Source: an uncultured Gammaproteobacteria bacterium (GTDB lineage Bacteria > Patescibacteriota > Patescibacteriia > UBA10025 > JAHIVO01). Taken from it: a DNA stretch of 64,000 bases. The notes under the pieces are model-generated. The model was given only the letters and a program-made list of their open reading frames with translations. It was not told the DNA's origin and did no database searches. A program made the position numbers and the translations under genes. Below are positions 28,825-37,451 of this stretch, in pieces. The stretch is taken from the NCBI GenBank assembly GCA_964415025.1, contig CAYPXF010000006.1, positions 58-64,057 of the forward strand, written 5' to 3'. The stretch's first letter is position 1, and each line of letters begins with the position of its first letter.

Positions 28825-31026
28825 TTATTCTGCGGTTTGATTCTCATTTTTCAATCCTTGTATTGCTTGTTTGATGCTCTCATTTTCAGGATTTCTCTCT
28901 TGGAGCTGGATTAGTACGGCCAGCGCTTCGTCGTCACGATCTAGTTGCTGGTATAGCTGTGCGATACGGAACCATACTTCGTCATCTGTCGGTACTGCCG
29001 CTACCACATCCAGATAAACCTGCAGCGCCTGTTCGCCGACTCCGGCCAATTCATAGGCCAGCGCTTTATTTATCAATGCTAAAGTAAAATCTGGTTTTAG
29101 TCTCCGAGCAGTGTCAAAGTGAACTATGGCCTGCTGTATTAACTGTTCAGCAAGATCAATATCCGTATGCATCACACTCTCTGCCCAGAGGAGCTGCGAG
29201 CGCCCCAGATTCAAACGCAATAGCGGATCATAGGGTGATAATGTAACAGCCTGATCATACGCTGCCGCTGACAACTCATCAACATTGGCAATCAGATTAC
29301 GCAGGGAGTCATACAATACTGCTTCTTGTTGGTACACATTGGCTTGCTGGGGGGCATAATGTTTAGCCTGCTTCATAGCGTCAACAGCCTGCTGCGAATA
29401 CTGCTGCAGTGTCTCTGCTGATGTCGTTTCATCAAGCGCCGCTAGCTGCGCGGCCGTAGCATATCCCTGGGACAGGGTGATGTAATATGCTGGAGGATAT
29501 GGATTAAGGCTGATGGCCTGTTGTAAATCATCCGCAATCGTCGTAATAGCGGCCTGCTTCTGGATATGCTGCTCGGCTTGCCAAAACGCGTGGTCTGCCA
29601 GCCATATACGAATTCCAAAATAGCCCGCACCTAAGGTGGCAAGCACCATAACCGCCGCGCCCCCAACAGTGGCCCAGCGGCACCATTTGGATGCCGACCA
29701 CTTTTGAAACCGTACACGAATAAACGGCGTCAGCATACGGGCTACCAAGGCAGTCAGCAGCCACCACAGAAAATGCAGGATAAAAGTAAACGGTAACAGC
29801 CACGACGCCACAAATATAATCAGCCACAAACTGAATACAAACAGCTGCGTATACCAGGCACGGTCAGTAGTCGGTGATTGGATAATTGTTCGCACAGCGG
29901 CATATCCTACCCACAGCATAAATACGAGCAGCGCCAGCGTGGCTACAGGACCGATAGTCGCTATGTATTCCAACCACACGCTACCGCTTTTTTGGAACGT
30001 AGACCGCCACATATCAGTCGTATTAAAAGACACGGGCCGCTCTGCCTGGAACGCGTATATAAATGACTGCGGTCCATAGCCAGTGAGCGGTTTGCTTAAT
30101 AAACTATTTCCGGCGATTTCCAGAGACGTGGCTTGGTCGAGTAAAACACTGGTACTGACTTCTGGATCGGGCAATACATCACCATCCAGCACTGCACCGA
30201 GTAGCGCCAAGGCGCTAAACAATACTAAAGTCGCCATAATCCGCGCGGCAACCATGCGCCAGCGCGCCAAACATGCGCCAATCATAAAGGCTCCGGTAAT
30301 CAGCATGGCGTACCAGGCCGGATTTTTATCCAGAAAAAAGAGTAACCCCAGGCCGGCCAGCGCCAGGAGGCCCGCCAGTACACGCTGCCACAGCCGCTGG
30401 CTAATAACCAGCCAGCCCAGCGAGGCTACGGCGCCTATTCCGACAACAACCGCCAGCGATGCCGAAGAATTACTAACCAAATAAAATCTAATCTGCTCCC
30501 ATATACTCCCCAGGGGTATATGATAGCCAAAAATATGAAACAGGTTATAGAGTGCCGCTGCTGACAGCGAAACTGTTAGTGCGACAAACAACTTCGTAGC
30601 ATCACCTGACGAACGGATAGAGTGGATAATTAAATAAAAAAATACAACGAAACACAGCGTTACTATCAGCCCGTTACTGAAATAGCCGTTCAGGCCTACA
30701 GCGCTGACATAGTAATTCGGACTGAAGATAAATGAAATCAGCACTAATACCAGCCATATCCCAATCGGCCACCACAGTCTGGTCTGGAGCCAAGCCGGCT
30801 GTCTGCTGCGGACCATGCCGGAGACATACAGCGCGGCCACGAACAGGACAGCCACAACAAACAGAAGGGTCTTATTGAGCTCCATGGGATAGCTGGTTTG
30901 GGGCAGGAACAACAGCGGCACTAAGCCAACCAGAATAATCAGACACCAGCGAACTGCCGCTAGCCAGCGATTAAACGTTGCCGCCCGGGGATGGAATAAG
31001 CGCTGTCGCCACTGTCCGATGCTCAT
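28825..31026 (-). CDS. O-antigen ligase-like membrane protein with C-terminal TPR repeats
   Basis: About 12 TM segments, KPLTGYGPQSF (Wzy_C-like), TPRs (AISLNP, AVTLSP, RLKPDF). Confidence 0.8.
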   Translation of the reverse strand: MSIGQWRQRLFHPRAATFNRWLAAVRWCLIILVGLVPLLFLPQTSYPMELNKTLLFVVAVLFVAALYVSGMVRSRQPAWLQTRLWWPIGIWLVLVLISFIFSPNYYVSAVGLNGYFSNGLIVTLCFVVFFYLIIHSIRSSGDATKLFVALTVSLSAAALYNLFHIFGYHIPLGSIWEQIRFYLVSNSSASLAVVVGIGAVASLGWLVISQRLWQRVLAGLLALAGLGLLFFLDKNPAWYAMLITGAFMIGACLARWRMVAARIMATLVLFSALALLGAVLDGDVLPDPEVSTSVLLDQATSLEIAGNSLLSKPLTGYGPQSFIYAFQAERPVSFNTTDMWRSTFQKSGSVWLEYIATIGPVATLALLVFMLWVGYAAVRTIIQSPTTDRAWYTQLFVFSLWLIIFVASWLLPFTFILHFLWWLLTALVARMLTPFIRVRFQKWSASKWCRWATVGGAAVMVLATLGAGYFGIRIWLADHAFWQAEQHIQKQAAITTIADDLQQAISLNPYPPAYYITLSQGYATAAQLAALDETTSAETLQQYSQQAVDAMKQAKHYAPQQANVYQQEAVLYDSLRNLIANVDELSAAAYDQAVTLSPYDPLLRLNLGRSQLLWAESVMHTDIDLAEQLIQQAIVHFDTARRLKPDFTLALINKALAYELAGVGEQALQVYLDVVAAVPTDDEVWFRIAQLYQQLDRDDEALAVLIQLQERNPENESIKQAIQGLKNENQTAE

Positions 31027-31862
31027 GAAGTAATTTTCCTGATAATTTCCTTGAGATCGTCTGCCGAGTAAAAATGGATCCGCACCGTGCCCTGCTGACC
31101 CTTTTTATCAATATCAACTTTTGTGCCCAGGGCCTCCTCGAGCGACTGCTCGTGCGCGGCCAGATTCGGGTCTTTACTTGTACGGCGGTGTTTGCGCACC
31201 GTCACTTTCCGCGCCGCCTGCTCGGTCGAACGCACGCTCAATTTATTATCTAGAATATGGCGGAATATCTTTTTCTGTTCTGCCGGATCCTTCACTCCCA
31301 GAATCACCTTAGCATGGCCCTCGGTAATTCTTACATCACGGAGCGCTTGCTGGATTTCCGTCGGCAGGGTAAGCAGGCGCAGCGTATTACTGATGGCCGC
31401 GCGGCTCTGGCCGACGCGCTTGCCGACCTGTTCCTGGGTAATACCAAACTCTTCGATCAGCCGGTGGTACCCATAGGCTTTTTCGAGCGGATTAAGGTTT
31501 TGGCGCTGGACGTTCTCCACCAATGCCAGTTCTAGCTTTTCCTGCTCTGACGCTGTCCGCACCACAGCCGGAACTGCCTGCAGCCCGATCATTTTAGCCG
31601 CCCTGAAGCGCCGTTCTCCGGCAATCAACTGGTATGCATTGCCCTCTTTGACCACTACGAGTGGCTGGATAATGCCGTGTTCTTTAATCGAGTTGATTAA
31701 TGCTTCCATGGAATCACGGTCAAAGTTTTCGCGTGGCTGCTGTGTATTCGGGGTAATTACCTTAATATCGATTTCTTTAACCGCGTCGTCTGACGGTATA
31801 GTGCTGGTATTGTCAGCGCCTGGTATGAGTGAACCGAGTCCGCGGCCTAAAGTCTGTGTCAT
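31023..31862 (-). CDS. parB: Chromosome partitioning protein ParB
   Basis: LGRGLGSLIP, PNTQQPRENF, IAGERRFRA, ENVQRQNLNPLE, HTH. Confidence 0.96.
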   Translation of the reverse strand: MTQTLGRGLGSLIPGADNTSTIPSDDAVKEIDIKVITPNTQQPRENFDRDSMEALINSIKEHGIIQPLVVVKEGNAYQLIAGERRFRAAKMIGLQAVPAVVRTASEQEKLELALVENVQRQNLNPLEKAYGYHRLIEEFGITQEQVGKRVGQSRAAISNTLRLLTLPTEIQQALRDVRITEGHAKVILGVKDPAEQKKIFRHILDNKLSVRSTEQAARKVTVRKHRRTSKDPNLAAHEQSLEEALGTKVDIDKKGQQGTVRIHFYSADDLKEIIRKITS

Positions 31863-31872
31863 AATATTTGTA

Positions 31873-32655
31873 TTAAATAATTACTGGAGACTGTGTTTCC
31901 TGCTCTAGTATTTCCCGGGCCAGCCGTTGGTATGCTTTAGCGCCGGGTGAGCGCTTATCATAATGCAAAATACTCTTCCCAAAACTGGGCGCCTCGGCCA
32001 GCTTAACGTTCCGCGGAATCACTGTCCGGTAAATTGTGTCTGGAAAATACTGGTACAGCTCGTTAAAAACTTCCTTGGTCAGCTTATTGCGGTCGTCATA
32101 CATAGTCATGACGGCGCCGGCGATTTTCAGATCTGGTTTGAGATGTTTTTGTACCAGCTTAATCGTTTCCATGAGCTGGCTTAACCCCTCCAGCGCATAA
32201 TACTCTGTCTGCACCGGTATGATAACTTCTTCTCCGGCGGCCAGACCATTAATCGTCAGCAAACATAGTGACGGCGGACAATCAACAATAATATAATCAT
32301 ACTCATTGCGCACTTCGAGCAGGGCGTTATGGAGCCGAAATTCCCTCATTTCCATGTCTACTAATTCAACGCGAGCACCGGCCAGATCAGGATTTGCCGG
32401 CGCTACCCGCAACCCGTCTACCCGCGTAGGTGTGATGACCTCCTTGATTGATTGGCCGCCGACTAAGGGATGGTACACCCCCTGGGGTATATTCTTATAA
32501 TTAATACCTAAACCAGACGAAGCATTGCCCTGCGGATCTAGATCAACCAGCAGCACAAATTTACCAGCCTGTGCCAGAAATGCGGCAACATTAACAGCAG
32601 TCGTGGTCTTTCCTACTCCTCCTTTTTGGTTTACAAGCGATAAAATACGTGTCAT
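31873..32655 (-). CDS. parA: ParA/Soj ATPase
   Basis: NQKGGVGKTTT, DLDPQGNAS, DCPPSL, EYYALEG, IPRNVKLAEAPSFG. Confidence 0.96.
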   Translation of the reverse strand: MTRILSLVNQKGGVGKTTTAVNVAAFLAQAGKFVLLVDLDPQGNASSGLGINYKNIPQGVYHPLVGGQSIKEVITPTRVDGLRVAPANPDLAGARVELVDMEMREFRLHNALLEVRNEYDYIIVDCPPSLCLLTINGLAAGEEVIIPVQTEYYALEGLSQLMETIKLVQKHLKPDLKIAGAVMTMYDDRNKLTKEVFNELYQYFPDTIYRTVIPRNVKLAEAPSFGKSILHYDKRSPGAKAYQRLAREILEQETQSPVII

Positions 32656-32760
32656 AGATATAGGTATAGTATAGCAGAAAATCGCTTACCATTCGACTGT
32701 AAATATGCAGTGCCCGCTTATATAGATGACCAATTACAGAATCGAATGATACAGAAATCG

Positions 32761-32931
32761 GGGGCATATTTGTGCTCGTTCATGCCGAGATGGAATTTTC
32801 ACGGTTTGCCCCAGGTAGACCTTGCCCTGGGCAGCTTTGAATGCTCCCAGGGTCGCATTCATCGATACCCCCCCGCCCAAGAAGGCGGGTCTTTTCTGTC
32901 CGTTCAAATCCTACAAAGCGCAAAACGCCCT
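32761..32931 (+). pseudogene. Decayed tRNA-Leu-derived element with hairpin insertions
   Basis: GCCGAGATGG (identical to the 5' end of the tRNA-Leu), GGTAGAC[hairpin]GCA, GTTCAAATCC T-loop, enclosed by the GGGC..TTTGTGCT / AGCGCAAA..GCCC stem. Confidence 0.5.
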
Positions 32932-32965
32932 CTCTTTTCAGTTAGGGTTACGCCACTGCAATTTA

Positions 32966-33148
32966 TGGTATGCATAGTAGATTCTAACCCACGTCCTCGG
33001 GCTTGCCTGCCCGCCGGGCCATACCTGGGGCCGGACTCGAACCGGCGACCTAAGGCTTATGAGTCCTTCGCTCTAACCAACTGAGCTACCCAGGCTCGGC
33101 CTGGCAGGCGGATTAGTCCCGCGCTCTAACCGATTGAGCTACTCTGTC
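32966..33148 (-). pseudogene. Outer decayed tRNA (Met-like), interrupted in the anticodon loop by a 107-nt insert
   Basis: 5' half GACAGAG-TA-GCTCAATCGGTTAGAGC-G-CGGGA-CTAAT; 3' half AA-GCCCG-AGGAC-GTGGGTTAGAATCTAC...A-CCA; the acceptor stem no longer pairs. Confidence 0.75.
33022..33095 (-). tRNA. tRNA with CAT anticodon, probably elongator tRNA-Met (Ile2 not excluded); CCA not encoded
   Basis: GCCTGGG TA GCTC AGTTGGTTA GAGC G AAGGA CTCATAA GCCTT AGGTC GCCGG TTCGAGT CCGGC CCCAGGT A; lacks the C4-G69/C5-G68 TilS determinants. Confidence 0.9.
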
Positions 33149-33204
33149 CTGTTTCCAAAAATGACGGATAAGGCATGAACCGTTATACTGGGCTTATTGT
33201 TTTT

Positions 33205-33279
33205 TGGTTGCCGGGGTGGGATTCGAACCCACGACCTCGGGATTATGAGCCCCGCGAGCTGCCACTGCTCTACCCGGCG
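33205..33279 (-). tRNA. Initiator tRNA-fMet (CAT)
   Basis: C1:A72 mismatch, G-rich anticodon stem CGGGG/TCCCG, CCA encoded. Confidence 0.93.
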
Positions 33280-33304
33280 ATATAGTTTATAAGTATTCTT
33301 TGGT

Positions 33305-33333
33305 ATTATAGTTGACTTACGAAGATAATGCAA
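33305..33333 (-). promoter_or_regulatory. sigma70 promoter for tRNA-fMet/Met
   Basis: TTGCAT-17 nt-TATAAT. Confidence 0.6.
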
Positions 33334-33340
33334 ATACTTA

Positions 33341-33603
33341 TGCCGCAGACGGGAGTTGCCGTGACCGCTGCCCTCGCGGCAGCTACGGTGGCCGAGAAAT
33401 TCACGCGATCTTGCGATCACGGAATTTTGAGTCCCGCGTGCCCGGCATGTATTATGCGACCCGCCTGCCAGTGCCTCTGCCGAGAGGGAGAGTCGAACTC
33501 CCATGAGGTTGCCCCCGCAGGATTTTGAGTCCTGTGCGTCTACCAATTCCGCCATCTCGGCACAGGCAGAGGCGGGCAGGTCTGACAATTACGCTACTCC
33601 GGC
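33341..33603 (-). pseudogene. Outer decayed tRNA-Leu(CAA) with inserts in the D arm and T loop
   Basis: GCCGGAG-TA-GCGTAATTGTCAGAC[insert]...CGGGA-CTCAAAA-TTCCG, variable arm TGATC-GCAA-GATCG, T loop split by a palindrome, 3' end CTGCGGC-A. Confidence 0.8.
33478..33561 (-). tRNA. tRNA-Leu (CAA); CCA not encoded
   Basis: GCCGAGA TG GCG GAATTGGTAGA CGC A CAGGA CTCAAAA TCCTG, long variable arm, GGGAG TTCGACT CTCCC TCTCGGC A. Confidence 0.95.
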
Positions 33604-33614
33604 TTGTGAAGCAT

Positions 33615-33643
33615 ATTGTAGTAAAATAATAAATATTTGTCAA
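33615..33643 (-). promoter_or_regulatory. sigma70 promoter of the tRNA-Leu locus
   Basis: TTGACA-17 nt-TACAAT; predicted start site a few nt upstream of the outer tRNA-Leu 5' end. Confidence 0.7.
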
Positions 33644-33691
33644 TTATCAACTAGTATTGATTTAAATAGCATTAATGAATACAATATAAAC

Positions 33692-34210
33692 ATGTTCGCG
33701 ACTACCCATGTCTTAGCCAGTGTTGTTATTAGCCAGCACACGCCAACCCCGTGGTGGGCCTTTTTCGTTTCACTGCTGTCACATTATCTTCTCGATCTCA
33801 TCCCACATGGCGATCGCCCTATTGACGAATGGTTGCAAAAAGGAAATTATTTTAAAAAGGGTCTGACAATTATGGCTACTGATTTACTCTTGATCGCCCT
33901 GATCTTTACCACCTTTGCCCAACGTATGAGCCTGCCCCCGCCTCCGGTCTTGGCTGCGGCGGTGATTGGCGGTATGCTTCCTGATGTGCTCTGGATTGTA
34001 TATGAACTTTATAATCGGTATTTAAAACGATTCAAATTTTTACGGCGAGGGCTGCTTTTTTTGCCGACGGTTCTCGACCATCATCGGCGTATCCATAATT
34101 TTATTGATCACTCCCCTATTAATCACAAACTTTCACCTAACGGTATTGGGGTGGCAATACAGGTTTTATTTTTGGCAATTTTTATCATCCTGGCGCTGCA
34201 TCCGCGCTAA
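33692..34210 (+). CDS. Membrane protein, putative metal-dependent hydrolase-like
   Basis: THVLAS, SHYLLDLIPHGD, LPD, HxxxH motifs; several TMs; start moved to ATG 33692 because the longer ORF overlaps the tRNA. Confidence 0.7.
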   Translation: MFATTHVLASVVISQHTPTPWWAFFVSLLSHYLLDLIPHGDRPIDEWLQKGNYFKKGLTIMATDLLLIALIFTTFAQRMSLPPPPVLAAAVIGGMLPDVLWIVYELYNRYLKRFKFLRRGLLFLPTVLDHHRRIHNFIDHSPINHKLSPNGIGVAIQVLFLAIFIILALHPR

Positions 34211-34451
34211 CTCGACTCCATAATAATAGGGCAATGATGAATAAGGCGATACTGACCCATTGACCAAGCTGCAGCCCTACGAATGACGGCGTCGTACAAG
34301 ATACCTTTGGCTGATTACGGGTATTTAATCAATAGCGGCCACACCAGTAAACATGCTACTGCTAGAAAAATTGATAAAAATATGTTATACTTCATCATAC
34401 GGTATCCCGTTAGGGTCGTTGCAATACTTTTTAAGCCACTAAAAAACTATT

Positions 34452-34793
34452 ATGCCATCACCAGAGCGTGACCCACGAATCCTTGTCAATAGTGAGGGAT
34501 CGGCCAGGGCAGAAAATGAAATTGATAAACTAAAAAACGAACGCAGCTTCTTTGAGGAGAAACGAAGAGAAGCAGACTCCGATCGAGAACGGCAGCTATA
34601 TGATAAATTAATTAATACAACGGAAGAACTAGAAAAGCAAATAGAGAATATGACCGACGAAGAGCAACGTCAGTGGGCTGTAGAGCGGATGGCTGAGTTC
34701 AAAGGAGGCCACGAACAATATAAACAAATGACTGATGCTGAGTATGAGAAATGGATCCAACAACGCCAAGCCGATCTGAACCAGCGCCTATAA
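34452..34793 (+). CDS. Hypothetical charged helical protein
   Basis: 113-aa E/K/R-rich ORF in an otherwise empty interval. Confidence 0.65.
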   Translation: MPSPERDPRILVNSEGSARAENEIDKLKNERSFFEEKRREADSDRERQLYDKLINTTEELEKQIENMTDEEQRQWAVERMAEFKGGHEQYKQMTDAEYEKWIQQRQADLNQRL

Positions 34794-34869
34794 GAAATAC
34801 TAAATCGCTCCACATAAAAAACGGTGATCGAGGTAATTATGTAACAGACTAGAAGGCACCGATGGCTGG

Positions 34870-35658
34870 CTAGGGGTGTTTGGCTAATAGCCGATACAAA
34901 AAAGAATAACCCGCGCTGATGATCACTATAATGCTAATCCACTGCGTCACGAGCAGTGGGCCGATTTGTGGGTGATCGATACGGAAAAAGTCCAGGGCAA
35001 AACGGACAATGCCAAACAGGAAAAAGTAAACGAGTGTCAGCATTCCCGGGCGCCAGTCATATCGCCGTGACACATACCACAACATCCCGAATACCGCTAC
35101 CATGGCTAGCGATTCATACAGAAAGATCGGATGAAAATGTGTAGCCTCGATGAACTCACCGAGTCGGTTCGTAATGGAAATAGGAATACCCCACGGCAAG
35201 TCAGTGGGCGGTCCATATAGCTCCTGATTAAAATAATTCCCCCAGCGGCCAATAGCCTGCATCAGCGGTACACCAACTACCATCACATCGGTCATGCGCC
35301 AGAAGGAAAGGTGCTGGCGATGGCAGTAGACAGCTGCTGTGATCAGGCAGGCTATCAGCACACCATGAAATGCCAATCCACCCTCCCAAATACGCAATAT
35401 GGAAACAGGCTGACTGATATAATACGGCCACTCGGCTATCACATGAGCGATCCGTCCGCCGATCAAGCCGGTAGGTAATAAGAGTAAAAACAGGTTATAC
35501 ACGTGGTGTGTACTAACCTGTTTTTGTCTGGCTCGAAATATACTAACACCAAGTCCAGCAACAAGAGCGGTAACAATAATTATCCCATACCAGTATATAT
35601 TCCACGGACCAATGGCAACCGCGACTGCTCCTGGCTGATTAGTAAACAGCCAGTCCAT
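34870..35658 (-). CDS. lgt: Prolipoprotein diacylglyceryl transferase
   Basis: IYWYGII, IWEGGLAFHG, QAIGRWGNYFNQELYG, HPIFLYES. Confidence 0.96.
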   Translation of the reverse strand: MDWLFTNQPGAVAVAIGPWNIYWYGIIIVTALVAGLGVSIFRARQKQVSTHHVYNLFLLLLPTGLIGGRIAHVIAEWPYYISQPVSILRIWEGGLAFHGVLIACLITAAVYCHRQHLSFWRMTDVMVVGVPLMQAIGRWGNYFNQELYGPPTDLPWGIPISITNRLGEFIEATHFHPIFLYESLAMVAVFGMLWYVSRRYDWRPGMLTLVYFFLFGIVRFALDFFRIDHPQIGPLLVTQWISIIVIISAGYSFLYRLLAKHP

Positions 35659-35665
35659 ATACTAA

Positions 35666-36445
35666 TTATTTTACTTCTTCGAGCGCTGCATCAATGGCTG
35701 CGGTAAAAGCTGACAATGGCTGCGCGCCAGAAATAAGCGTACCGTTAATAAAGGTGGCCGGCGTACCGCTGACACCGTTCTGTGATCCCTGGTTAAAGTC
35801 ATCTTTGACGGCCTGGGCGTATTTACCCTCGTCCAGACACGAATTAAACTGGCTGGAATTCAGTCCTAATTCTTTTGCCGCTGCCTTATAATTGTCTATA
35901 GTAAGTCCGTCCTGCTCATTTAGCTCATACAGTTTATCATGCATGGCCCAAAACTCACCCTGCTCACCGGCGCATTCAGCAGCCTCGCCAGCTTTTTGGG
36001 CCTGGGGATGAAACGAGAGAGGGAAGTGACGGTAGACTAACCGTACCTGATCACCATACTCTTCTAAAATTTGTTCCAGGGTAGGCTGGACACTAAAGCA
36101 GTATGGACATTCAAAATCAGAATACTCCACTAATGTTACCGGTGCGTCGGCATTACCGCGAATATGATCATCATCAGCAACCTGAATATCGGCAACAACT
36201 GGAGCGGGTTCTGGGGTTGGTTGTGGTGCGGGTGCCGTATCTTCTGCGCCCGCCACCCTAGCATTACTATTGGTATTGGCTGTAGCAGTATCGCCAATAT
36301 TAGCTTTTAGAATTGAATAATTAAGGCCAAAGGCGGTCAAAGCGGTTATTGTAATACCGACTAAAATACCCATAATAAATGATATCTTGGGCGGCGTGCG
36401 GAAAACCACGTGCTGGGCTTCCTCATTATTATTATTGTTTGACAT
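35666..36445 (-). CDS. DsbA-family thioredoxin-fold protein
   Basis: TM anchor, EYSDFECPYC, YRHFPL, GVSGTPATFING. Confidence 0.92.
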   Translation of the reverse strand: MSNNNNNEEAQHVVFRTPPKISFIMGILVGITITALTAFGLNYSILKANIGDTATANTNSNARVAGAEDTAPAPQPTPEPAPVVADIQVADDDHIRGNADAPVTLVEYSDFECPYCFSVQPTLEQILEEYGDQVRLVYRHFPLSFHPQAQKAGEAAECAGEQGEFWAMHDKLYELNEQDGLTIDNYKAAAKELGLNSSQFNSCLDEGKYAQAVKDDFNQGSQNGVSGTPATFINGTLISGAQPLSAFTAAIDAALEEVK

Positions 36446-36510
36446 AGTATAATTTGTATAGTTAATTATCCTCAAACATATACACTATTGTACCAAAAAA
36501 TAAGAGTGTG

Positions 36511-37221
36511 TCAAGATCCTTGGCCATATATGCTGATCAGCTCATCGAGGACGGTCTTAAAATTCTCCACAGATACTGCCCCCGTGAATTCCTGACCGTT
36601 AATAAAAAAGGTCGGCGTACCGTCAACCCCAGCAAAATAACCATCGCTAAAATCTTTATTCACTTCAGTCTCATATTTTCGGCTGGTCAGACAAGTATTA
36701 AACTGTATTGGATCAGGAATTTCAATTTCCCTTGCATAGCGCTGTAATGCATTCAGGCTTAAATCGTCCTGGTTTATGAACATTTTATCATGCATCGGCC
36801 AAAACATATCCTGTTCATGAGCGCATTCGCCAGCTTCTGCTGCGATTTGGGCCTGCGAATGCAGGCTGGTCAGCGGAAAATCACGATAAATAAATTTTAC
36901 CCTATCTTCGTATTGGCTTATTATTTCACGGACAACCGGGAAAGACTGGCGGCAGTACGGACATTGGAAATCAGCAAATTCAACAACAATAATAGCCGCA
37001 TCATCAGGCCCCTTATACGGATCATCGGTAGTGGCCAGAGTTTTAGACTGTGTTGTATCGGACTCAAGTGATGCAATATTTTGGCGTACTAAAAAATAAA
37101 AGTACCCGCCCCCGACCAATACCAGTATCAGTACGATAATCGCCACAATCCATGGCCAGCGCCGTTTATGCTGCGATGACACTGGCACTGCGGATTGTGA
37201 TGGTGCAGGTGATGGCCGCAT
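36511..37221 (-). CDS. DsbA-family thioredoxin-fold protein (second paralog)
   Basis: TM anchor, EFADFQCPYC, YRDFPL, GVDGTPTFFING. Confidence 0.92.
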   Translation of the reverse strand: MRPSPAPSQSAVPVSSQHKRRWPWIVAIIVLILVLVGGGYFYFLVRQNIASLESDTTQSKTLATTDDPYKGPDDAAIIVVEFADFQCPYCRQSFPVVREIISQYEDRVKFIYRDFPLTSLHSQAQIAAEAGECAHEQDMFWPMHDKMFINQDDLSLNALQRYAREIEIPDPIQFNTCLTSRKYETEVNKDFSDGYFAGVDGTPTFFINGQEFTGAVSVENFKTVLDELISIYGQGS

Positions 37222-37222
37222 G

Positions 37223-37432
37223 CTAGGGGAAGAGCCGTTTTCCTTCATCATCGTAGATTTCAATAGCTTGTGTCGGGCAGGACCGCGCTGCGTCCAGTAT
37301 CGTATCCTCGTCAGCGCCTTGGGGATCCTTGAGCACTACCTTGCCCTCATCATCCAGGGCAAAAACATCCGGGGCAATTGCCACGCACGTCCCGGCAGAA
37401 ATACATTTGTCGCGTAGTAATTTAATTTTCAT
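37223..37432 (-). CDS. Ferredoxin, probably [3Fe-4S]
   Basis: CISAGTC...CPTQAI (CxxAxxC...CP). Confidence 0.9.
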   Translation of the reverse strand: MKIKLLRDKCISAGTCVAIAPDVFALDDEGKVVLKDPQGADEDTILDAARSCPTQAIEIYDDEGKRLFP

Positions 37433-37451
37433 ACGCAATATAATTACTTAA

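Noticed and set aside
33005-33111. Group I intron interpretation of the anticodon-loop insert
   Set aside because: Too short and fully explained by a tRNA plus two arms; no catalytic core, no terminal G, and the outer acceptor stem is decayed
32710-33588. ORFs 32710..33084, 33139..33588 and the 5' extension of 33503..34210
   Set aside because: They overlap tRNA genes and palindromic elements
34317-34400. 27-aa hydrophobic minus-strand ORF (MMKYNIFLSIFLAVACLLVWPLLIKYP) as a type I toxin
   Set aside because: No SD or antitoxin-like structure; it overlaps the AT-rich upstream region of the opposite gene
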